A stretch of DNA of 32,000 nucleotides from Candidatus Paracaedimonas acanthamoebae. GTDB taxonomy: Bacteria; Pseudomonadota; Alphaproteobacteria; Caedimonadales; Caedimonadaceae. Both the position numbers and the translations under genes were made by a program. Below are positions 22,544 through 29,536 of the stretch, in pieces. The stretch spans positions 1 through 32,000 of the forward strand of contig CP008936.1 of the NCBI GenBank assembly GCA_000743035.1, read 5' to 3'. Below the pieces are notes generated by a model, which saw only the letters and a program-made list of their open reading frames with translations, ran no database searches and was not told the origin of the DNA. Position 1 is the stretch's first letter, and the number at the start of each line of letters is the position of its first letter.

Positions 22544-23618
22544 AGGAGAAATTTTTTATTTATGTTTAGAACCTGTACGTGAAGGGCATGCATCATATAC
22601 TCACGTAATCGAAATAATTCAGGCACTTGAGAAATTAGGATGGAAACTTAAACTCTTTAATCCAGTTTATCATGACAGGAAATTACCTTCTTTATATGAA
22701 CGCATTTTAAGAATGTTAAAGACTCAATTGCAACTTATCCAAGTAAACACACATCCAGATTTAATCTATATTCGTTGTCATCCATTCAGTTTTATTACAG
22801 CGTTATGGGCTAAATGGAAAGGGCTTAAAGTTTTTCAAGAAGTAAATGGACCTTATGAAGATCTTTTTATTGCTTGGCCTTGGGCAAAGTATTTTCGTTC
22901 TTTTTTTCAGATGCTTTATCGCAAACAATTTGAGTGGGCAGATCATATTATTGTTGTAACGGCTGGATTAAAAGAATTTATTAAGAAAGAAGCAAAACAT
23001 GAGCGCATAACGGTTATTTCCAATGGTGTTAATACGACACTTTTTAATCGAGATGCTAAAACAAACTGTATTCTTCCGGATCAATTTGTCATTTTTTTTG
23101 GCACTTTTTCACGATGGCATGGAATTTCTCTATTGTTAAATGCAATAGATGATCCTGCATGGCCTGAAAGGGTGAAGTTAGTATTTATCGGGGATGGAGT
23201 TGAAAGACTTTCTATTGAGAATAAAACTAAAAGTTCAGATAGACTAATATATTTAGGACGAAAACCTTACAAAGAGGTAGGTGGTATTGTTGCAAAAGCA
23301 ATTGCTGGGCTTGTTCCTATTCAAAATGTGGAAGGTCGAGCTTTAACTGGACTTGCACCACTTAAACTTTTTGAAACCATTGCATGTAGTGTTCCAGTAA
23401 TAGTGAGCGATCTACCTGAACAAGCAAATTTTGTAAAAGAGAATAAATGTGGATGGGTTGTAAAAGAGCAAACTTCTGAAGCATGGGCTAAGGCTGTGAG
23501 AGAGGCTACTAATAATACCTTTCGTTCACTTAAAATTTCTAAAGATCTTATAGAGTCTATTTCTTGGTCAAAAAAAGCAGAAATTTTAGATAAAATTATA
23601 GAAAAAAATGTTTCTTAG
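22524..23618 (+). CDS. Glycosyltransferase family 4 (GT-B fold, GT1-type)
   Basis: The C-terminal half has the GT4-type nucleotide-sugar-binding region (FIGDG...YLGRKPY...GLAPLKLFETIACSVPVIVSDLPEQ...GWVV). It overlaps the amidotransferase gene by 20 nt. Confidence 0.8.
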   Translation: MSNLANKGEIFYLCLEPVREGHASYTHVIEIIQALEKLGWKLKLFNPVYHDRKLPSLYERILRMLKTQLQLIQVNTHPDLIYIRCHPFSFITALWAKWKGLKVFQEVNGPYEDLFIAWPWAKYFRSFFQMLYRKQFEWADHIIVVTAGLKEFIKKEAKHERITVISNGVNTTLFNRDAKTNCILPDQFVIFFGTFSRWHGISLLLNAIDDPAWPERVKLVFIGDGVERLSIENKTKSSDRLIYLGRKPYKEVGGIVAKAIAGLVPIQNVEGRALTGLAPLKLFETIACSVPVIVSDLPEQANFVKENKCGWVVKEQTSEAWAKAVREATNNTFRSLKISKDLIESISWSKKAEILDKIIEKNVS

Positions 23619-23734
23619 AATTGAGAATCTATATAATCTCCTATCTACTGTATTTTAAAAATATACTTTTCTTATTAGTCATAAAAATATATGGTAATTT
23701 TTAAATATTTTTGGATTTTAAGGTGCGGGTTTTT

Positions 23735-26700
23735 ATGTCTAAAAGAAAAAATACAAAAAATGAGAAAATTAGCAAAGTTTTCACCGCAGGGCTTCTGCTG
23801 GCGGTTCTTTATTCTAAGCCGTCTTTTTCTATTATAGACTCTATAAGATCTTTAGAAACTTCAAGCGAAAATTATACCTTTTTGGCACAAACTTTATCGT
23901 CAGATACTTTTACATCTTTAATTAAAATTTTGTCACATTTTTTTCCTTCATTCCATGGCATCCTTGAAGAATTATTACCTAAGCATATTAAGAAGAATCA
24001 GCAGCCTTTAAATTTTATTGGCGTAGGAAAGAAATCTTTAACATCTTTATCTTCATCTAGAGGAAAATATAGAAATCTTCAAACTTCAGCGCAGGCTCTC
24101 ATACCTGTCTTAAGAGTTTCAAGCCCATCAATTTTAGAGAAATCCGGCTTTATGCATTCTTCATTTAAGCTAAATTCTGAAATGGAGAATAAGGGGGGAC
24201 AGCAAGGTGGAAAATCTTTCCATATATCAGGGGATCTTTATTCTTTAGAGGAGAAAACGTTTCTCTCATCTTTGTATAAACGACAACATATAGGTCTTGT
24301 TTCCGAAGTTTTTCGGGAAGTCAAAATTAACCTTGCTGCACAAAATCAAGAAGAGATGAGGCATCTGATGCCCTCGTATTCTCATGTAAATTTTTTTACG
24401 AAAACTCAAATCCCATCTATTCACTTGGATGAAGGGGTAGATGAAATTCACCAAGAAATAATTAAATCCTTTGAAAGTGAAGAATCTAAGAAAGTAGAAA
24501 ATTTAAATATCAATGATGTCTCTCAAGTTCCACTAAGAGGAATAAGCGAAGAAGGTGTTGAAGAACCTAAGAATGTATTATCAGCGTCGGATTTTTTGAG
24601 TGTTTTGTCTGAGACGAATAAACCTCTACTTACACCACTTAAGACATATACCCCTAAAAAACCGGTTTCTAAGCATGTTCGATCTAAGCCGACTATTCTG
24701 GATACTTTAGCCACAGAAGACACATTTGAGTCATTATCTGATCAGGATGGGACTATTCCACAAATTGCTTCAATCCCACCAAAATTGCCTCAATCTCAAT
24801 TCAGAAGCGATAAATTACCACAAAACCATAAAGAAGCGATAACAGCGGCCCTGCAAAAGAACAAGATAAACTTATCTGAAAAATCGACAGTCATTGTCGC
24901 ACTCCAAAGAATTGTTAAAGATTCAAAATTAAAAATAATAGAGATTCCTGAATTAATTGAAAAATTATCCCAAGGCATCGATGAACTTATTAAAAAAACA
25001 TATAAAATCGCCCCTGAAAAGTTTAAAAATCTTATATTACAACTAATCCAACCTCGTTATCATATTGTAACAGATGTCGATTTTAATCAAAGATTTGAAG
25101 AACTTTCTCAAGCTGTTTTTGAATTATGGCGTGCGAAGTTGTTAACAGATTATATTGAAAAGGGAAGCGAAGAAGTTCTAGAAAAGCCTCTTCCGACTTC
25201 CAGTGATATGAGTCCTTTTGTAAATAAAGTTATCGACGATCGCTTTAATCATGAAGTTGATTCTAAACTTGGTCCGCAAATGAAGCAAAATGCAAGGATT
25301 ACAATTGATGCTACTGTTAAAAACGGCTCACTTTATAGTAGTGAAAGCCAATTCTCCACAGAAGACAAGAGAGCAATCTTATCTCAGGTTTTTAAGCTGC
25401 TTGTTTTAGATCCCTCATTTAAGCTCCCTACTTTAGTAAATTCGCGGAATAATCAGGATATTGATCAAGATAAATTGAGAGAAATGATCAAACCATATAT
25501 TACTCTTGCTGTTGAGCAACTTTATGGTTTAGAGCGTGTTAAATCTTTAAATGTAGAGGCTGAGCCAGAAAACAATTCAATGCCTTTGAAAGCAAGCATA
25601 CCTGCAAAAAAAATACTTTCTGTTGAAGAAATAATCAAAAAAGCAGAACCTTGGTTAATTACTAGATTATTTGAGCTTTTACCAGGAAACACCAAAGAAG
25701 AAAAAATTGATTTTTTAATTAATATAACTTCTCAAGATGAGATCCTTACAAAAATTAGAACTGAAATAGTAAGTTGCTCTGAAGAAGACAAGCTTATACA
25801 GTTGAAAAGGCGAGAAGAAGAGGTAAGTAAAAGGACTTATGGAAGGATAATGGAAACTATTATGGAAGAACTGGGTTCTCAAGATTTTACCGGTTCTCCG
25901 CTTAAATTAGCGATTGCTTTTTATAGAGATGCAAAGCTTCTTATCGAAGATTATTTAAATACAAGTTCTGGATTCGTTGCAGCAATTGAACAAACGTTAA
26001 AACAACCTCTTAAAGAAACACAGACATCTTCTGAAATATATACATTAGTAAAAAATATTATGTATAAGGGAAAATATAAAATTCAAACGCGTATTGATGG
26101 TAAACGATACGTAGAAACTCCGCCTTTAGAAGCTCCAAAATTTGTCTTCTTATTTTCTCTTCCGTATTGGTTAGTATTAAAAGAGCGTTTGATAAAGAGA
26201 GAAGAGCGCAATAAGCAGTTAATAGAACAAGCTCAACTTAAGAGAAAAGTGCTTTCAGAAAAGCTTAATGAATTCTTTTTTGGGGGAAAAATCTTTGATC
26301 TTACTCAGCGATTAGAGGATGTATTTCAAGGAGAAGAAAAATCTTTCTCAAAAGGACAAGTGCAAGATTCTATTTCTATTCCCTTAAAAATAGACGTCTC
26401 TAGTTCAATAATTGGAGCTCCTCCACCTCCCCCACCACCATCTATTTCTTCTGCTCATCAAGAATTAAAGTCTATCAATAATGCCATTGTCGAGATTAGG
26501 AAAGGGATCCAAAAATCTTTAAAAAGTTCAGGGTTAGCTGTTAAAGAAACAAGCTTAATTTTGGAACTTCTCCTTCGCTATAAGTTGCAAAATGAGCATA
26601 TGCAGACTTCTGATATTGTGAATAAATTTTATGAGAAATTTATCGCTATTTTTTATAGAACATTAAATATTGATAATAAGGAGAACGCTCATAAAAAGTT

Positions 26701-27883
26701 TGCGTCTCAATTAGGGATAAAAAATTCGGGGCAACTAGTTCGTAAGTTAACACAAAGTCTTGATGAAGAACTACAGAGCTATTTTTTGGCATCCTTGACG
26801 GTAGAAAATATGGATTCAATTTCAGCTTTTGGCGTTCAAACTCAAGATTCATTAAAAAAATTTAATGCTAAAGCTACTGAAATAACGACAACATTTTTGA
26901 AAACCCATTTTCAAGCGGCATTAAAACAATTTAAGATTGAACCAGAGTCTTCAGGAAAAAATTTGGAGACTTTAGAAGTTTTCCTTAAGGAAGAGTTGTC
27001 AAAACTGCATCTTAAGTATACTGGTGAAGAAAAGCTTGAATTGGTGCTTGGGACATTTGTTCATATGTTAAATACAATTGACCAAAATCCAAGCTTTGTT
27101 CTTCCCATAAAAGTATCTGAAAAAGATAATAGCCAATTCATCTTAAATATTGAAGCATTTAAACCTGCTTTTGTGGGATTTTTAAATGAAGTTATCACTA
27201 AAAAATTTAAGGGAAATCGCCCGCATATTAAGATTCCAGAATATAATGAAGACATAAAAATTGAACCTTCTAAGGTCCTTCCTTATTTAGGAAAGCTTTT
27301 CTTGGAAAAAGCATTCGACATTTTACCTGGAGAGAATCAAGAATTAAAAATAAATAATTTAATTAAGGCCGACTCAAAACAACTTAGTTCTTTAATAGAT
27401 GATACTTTAAATTTATTATGTTTAACGAGCTATCATTATAAAACATCTGCAAGCACAGAGGCTACGATTGTTTTTACCGAACATACGCTTAAAATATTTA
27501 AGGAGGTAATCACAGAACGTTATATAGCGCTTTCTGCGTCTTTAGATAGCAGTTGCCGAAATATCATAAAAAGTAGCAAAGATCCTTTAAGTTTATTTTC
27601 TAGTCTTTTGACAACACAGTTAGGAATAAATGGTAGTACTCCTAAAAAACATAGAATCAGTATGTCAAGCCCTCATGATAGAAAGAAGAAAATTGAAACT
27701 GAAGAGACAATAAACGCTTTTGATATTCTTCTGTCTTTACCGAGCTTATGGCAACGCAAAAATAAACTTGAAATTAAAAAGAAATTTGAAGCAGAAGAGC
27801 AGGAGAGAAAAGAGCGTGAAATGACACATCGTATACAGTTTCTTCGGCAATTTATTAGCTCCGAGATAGAAATACTCAGCTAA
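23735..27883 (+). CDS. Giant hypothetical protein (1382 aa): signal-like N-terminus, duplicated ~490-aa module, polyproline plus WH2/beta-thymosin-like motif
   Basis: An uninterrupted 4.1-kb ORF in roughly 34% GC DNA is very unlikely by chance. ATG 23735 has an AAGGTG ribosome-binding site about 9 nt upstream; the track start at TTG 23711 is less likely. The N-terminus is MSKRKNTKNEK followed by the hydrophobic VFTAGLLLAVLY. I recognise no known catalytic or family motif. Confidence 0.8.
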   Translation: MSKRKNTKNEKISKVFTAGLLLAVLYSKPSFSIIDSIRSLETSSENYTFLAQTLSSDTFTSLIKILSHFFPSFHGILEELLPKHIKKNQQPLNFIGVGKKSLTSLSSSRGKYRNLQTSAQALIPVLRVSSPSILEKSGFMHSSFKLNSEMENKGGQQGGKSFHISGDLYSLEEKTFLSSLYKRQHIGLVSEVFREVKINLAAQNQEEMRHLMPSYSHVNFFTKTQIPSIHLDEGVDEIHQEIIKSFESEESKKVENLNINDVSQVPLRGISEEGVEEPKNVLSASDFLSVLSETNKPLLTPLKTYTPKKPVSKHVRSKPTILDTLATEDTFESLSDQDGTIPQIASIPPKLPQSQFRSDKLPQNHKEAITAALQKNKINLSEKSTVIVALQRIVKDSKLKIIEIPELIEKLSQGIDELIKKTYKIAPEKFKNLILQLIQPRYHIVTDVDFNQRFEELSQAVFELWRAKLLTDYIEKGSEEVLEKPLPTSSDMSPFVNKVIDDRFNHEVDSKLGPQMKQNARITIDATVKNGSLYSSESQFSTEDKRAILSQVFKLLVLDPSFKLPTLVNSRNNQDIDQDKLREMIKPYITLAVEQLYGLERVKSLNVEAEPENNSMPLKASIPAKKILSVEEIIKKAEPWLITRLFELLPGNTKEEKIDFLINITSQDEILTKIRTEIVSCSEEDKLIQLKRREEEVSKRTYGRIMETIMEELGSQDFTGSPLKLAIAFYRDAKLLIEDYLNTSSGFVAAIEQTLKQPLKETQTSSEIYTLVKNIMYKGKYKIQTRIDGKRYVETPPLEAPKFVFLFSLPYWLVLKERLIKREERNKQLIEQAQLKRKVLSEKLNEFFFGGKIFDLTQRLEDVFQGEEKSFSKGQVQDSISIPLKIDVSSSIIGAPPPPPPPSISSAHQELKSINNAIVEIRKGIQKSLKSSGLAVKETSLILELLLRYKLQNEHMQTSDIVNKFYEKFIAIFYRTLNIDNKENAHKKFASQLGIKNSGQLVRKLTQSLDEELQSYFLASLTVENMDSISAFGVQTQDSLKKFNAKATEITTTFLKTHFQAALKQFKIEPESSGKNLETLEVFLKEELSKLHLKYTGEEKLELVLGTFVHMLNTIDQNPSFVLPIKVSEKDNSQFILNIEAFKPAFVGFLNEVITKKFKGNRPHIKIPEYNEDIKIEPSKVLPYLGKLFLEKAFDILPGENQELKINNLIKADSKQLSSLIDDTLNLLCLTSYHYKTSASTEATIVFTEHTLKIFKEVITERYIALSASLDSSCRNIIKSSKDPLSLFSSLLTTQLGINGSTPKKHRISMSSPHDRKKKIETEETINAFDILLSLPSLWQRKNKLEIKKKFEAEEQERKEREMTHRIQFLRQFISSEIEILS
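24773..26280 (+). repeat. Internal module A of the giant ORF (diverged protein-level duplication)
   Basis: Colinear anchors are shared with module B: DPSFKLP/NPSFVLP, LFELLPGNTKEEKIDFLI/AFDILPGENQELKINNLI and LFSLPYW/LLSLPSLW. Each module ends in a Lys/Glu/Arg-rich helix. Spacings between anchors are comparable. Confidence 0.55.
26417..27880 (+). repeat. Internal module B of the giant ORF (diverged protein-level duplication)
   Basis: Same anchors as module A, in the same order. The module begins with the polyproline tract and the WH2-like motif. Confidence 0.55.
26420..26530 (+). other. Polyproline tract (7 Pro) followed by a WH2/beta-thymosin-like motif
   Basis: The translation reads APPPPPPPSISSAHQELKSINNAIVEIRKGIQKSLKSS. 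IRKGIQ...LKSS resembles N-WASP/WASP WH2 (LLDQIRQGIQLKSV / IRQGIQLNKT). The spacing from I to LK matches thymosin-beta4 (IEKFDKSKLKKT). Confidence 0.45.
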
Positions 27884-27981
27884 TTTTCTAATATCGGAAG
27901 TAGGAAATTTAAAGGTGAGATTCTTCTTGTCATTATTGAATAGCAACGCTACCTTTAAGTAAAAATAAATAGGGGTTTTTT

Positions 27982-28290
27982 ATGGATGTTTTGATCATTC
28001 CAATGCTTGAGCTTTTACGGACTATTCTTCAACTTTATATTTGGGTGTTTATCGCAAGCGTTGTCTTAAGTTGGCTCATTTCATTTCAAATTGTTAATAC
28101 GCATAATCGAGTTGTTGTTGTTATAGGGGAAGCCCTGTATAGACTTACAGAGCCTATGCTAGCTCCACTCCGTCGCATTATTCCAGGGGTGAGTGGTTTT
28201 GATTTTAGCCCCATGGTTGCCATTTTTATTCTTGTTTTTATGCAAAATGTTGTCTCAAGGCTTATTTTAAAATTTATGGGAGTCGCTTAA
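27982..28290 (+). CDS. yggT: YggT-family membrane protein
   Basis: 102 aa with two hydrophobic halves and the typical YggT pattern (LQLYIWVFIASVVLSWL...TEPMLAPLRRIIP...FDFSPMVAIFIL). Confidence 0.85.
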   Translation: MDVLIIPMLELLRTILQLYIWVFIASVVLSWLISFQIVNTHNRVVVVIGEALYRLTEPMLAPLRRIIPGVSGFDFSPMVAIFILVFMQNVVSRLILKFMGVA

Positions 28291-28308
28291 GCAGACTTTT
28301 ACACTTAC

Positions 28309-29181
28309 ATGACACCTATCTTACTGGATAGTCGTTCTTTGGCAAACGAGCTTAAGAACAACCTTAAAGCGCGCATTATAGGATTACAAAAGACAAAAAA
28401 TATCACGCCTGGATTGGCCGTCATCCGTATAGGAGATGATCTTGCGAGTAAGAGTTATGTGGCTTCAAAATGTCGGCAATGCCAAGAGGTAGGAATCAAT
28501 TCCAAAGAATATTATTTTCCTTCCATAACCTCAATGGAATCGATTCTGAAGCTTATTTATCAATTGAATACAACCTATATCGTGCATGGAATCCTCTTGC
28601 AACTCCCCTTACCTATGCATTTGGATGCTTTCAAGCTTATTCAAGCAATTGATCCTCTTAAAGATGTTGATGGTCTTCATCCTCAGAATTTGGGCACTCT
28701 AAGTCTTGGGCAGCCAACGGTTATTCCCTGTACACCTAAAGGATGCTTAGCACTCCTTAAAAGTCATAAAGAAAATATTAAAGGGTTACACGTCGTTATT
28801 GTGGGGCGTTCTATCTTAGTTGGGCGGCCTCTTGCAATGTTATTGTTGAAAGAAGATTGTAGCGTGACAGTTCTTCATTCAAAAAGCCAAAATGTCCCTG
28901 CAATTACAAAAACTGCAGATATTCTTATCGCAGCTGTTGGCCAACCTAAATTTATTCAAAAAGAATGGGTTCAACCAGGCGCTATAGTTTTAGATGTTGG
29001 CATTAATCATATCCAAGGTCGGGACGGGCAGATAAAAATAGTTGGGGATGTGGATTTCGAAAATGTCTCTCAAGTTGCAAGTGCGATTACGCCTGTCCCA
29101 GGGGGGATTGGCCCAATGACAGTGGTTTCACTGCTTGAAAATACAGTGGAAGCAGCTGTAAAGCAAATTTCGTTAAAATAA
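28309..29181 (+). CDS. folD: Bifunctional methylenetetrahydrofolate dehydrogenase/methenyltetrahydrofolate cyclohydrolase
   Basis: 290 aa with FolD motifs: GDDLASKSYVASK, GILLQLPLP, VVIVGRSILVGRPLAMLL and PVPGGIGPMT. Confidence 0.95.
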   Translation: MTPILLDSRSLANELKNNLKARIIGLQKTKNITPGLAVIRIGDDLASKSYVASKCRQCQEVGINSKEYYFPSITSMESILKLIYQLNTTYIVHGILLQLPLPMHLDAFKLIQAIDPLKDVDGLHPQNLGTLSLGQPTVIPCTPKGCLALLKSHKENIKGLHVVIVGRSILVGRPLAMLLLKEDCSVTVLHSKSQNVPAITKTADILIAAVGQPKFIQKEWVQPGAIVLDVGINHIQGRDGQIKIVGDVDFENVSQVASAITPVPGGIGPMTVVSLLENTVEAAVKQISLK

Positions 29182-29358
29182 ATTTTTTATAAAATTTCAA
29201 ATTGCTTCCTTGAAATATATTTTTTACCTCCCATATCTAAAGTGTAAGGTTTCTAACGAGTCGTATGATTAAAGAGGTTGGTCTTGTTATTTTTAAATAG
29301 GTTACAACCTTTGTTGTTCAAGCTTTACAGCTGTAACTAAGTAAAGTTTCCCCGTGTA

Positions 29359-29389
29359 AGTCCTCTGGATCATCAGAGGACTCTTTTTT
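29359..29389 (+). terminator. Rho-independent terminator, 178 nt downstream of folD
   Basis: Perfect 9-bp stem agtcctctg/cagaggact with a 6-nt loop (gatcat), followed by cTTTTTT. There is no T-run on the opposite strand, so it acts on the plus strand only. Confidence 0.8.
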
Positions 29390-29536
29390 AATGTCTTACT
29401 TCAACTTTCAACTTGAAAAGATTGTTTAAGCTTAAGCAATAAAAATATGTGAAGAAAAGAGACTGCAAAGAGCCATTCCATATAATAATCATTAAAGCTT
29501 AGCGCTTTTTAAAAGATAAGTATTTACATTATAAAC

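Noticed and set aside
26420-26700. Full RickA/WASP-like WCA nucleation-promoting module (WH2 + connector + acidic region with Trp).
   Set aside because: After the WH2-like motif, the sequence continues as GLAVKETSLILELLLRYKLQNEHMQ. There is no acidic Trp-containing tail, so an Arp2/3-activating WCA architecture is not supported. Only polyPro + WH2-like is claimed.
16370-27883. Possible tRNA-Arg-associated genomic island carrying the polysaccharide operon and the giant ORF.
   Set aside because: I could not find an integrase or recombinase, or a direct repeat of the tRNA 3-prime end (GGTTCGAATCCC...) downstream. It is kept only as a compositional observation.
27909-27958. Inverted repeat ttaaaggt/acctttaa between the giant ORF and yggT, considered as a terminator.
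   Set aside because: The 8-bp AT-rich stem has a 34-nt loop and is not directly followed by a T-run. It is not convincing as an intrinsic terminator.
29421-29440. Palindrome attgtttaagcttaagcaat as a minus-strand terminator for the propeller gene. A small hairpin aaagc/gcttt near 29505-29519 was also considered.
   Set aside because: The stems are AT-rich and weak, the palindrome has no real loop, and only a TTTT run follows on the minus strand. Confidence is too low to annotate.
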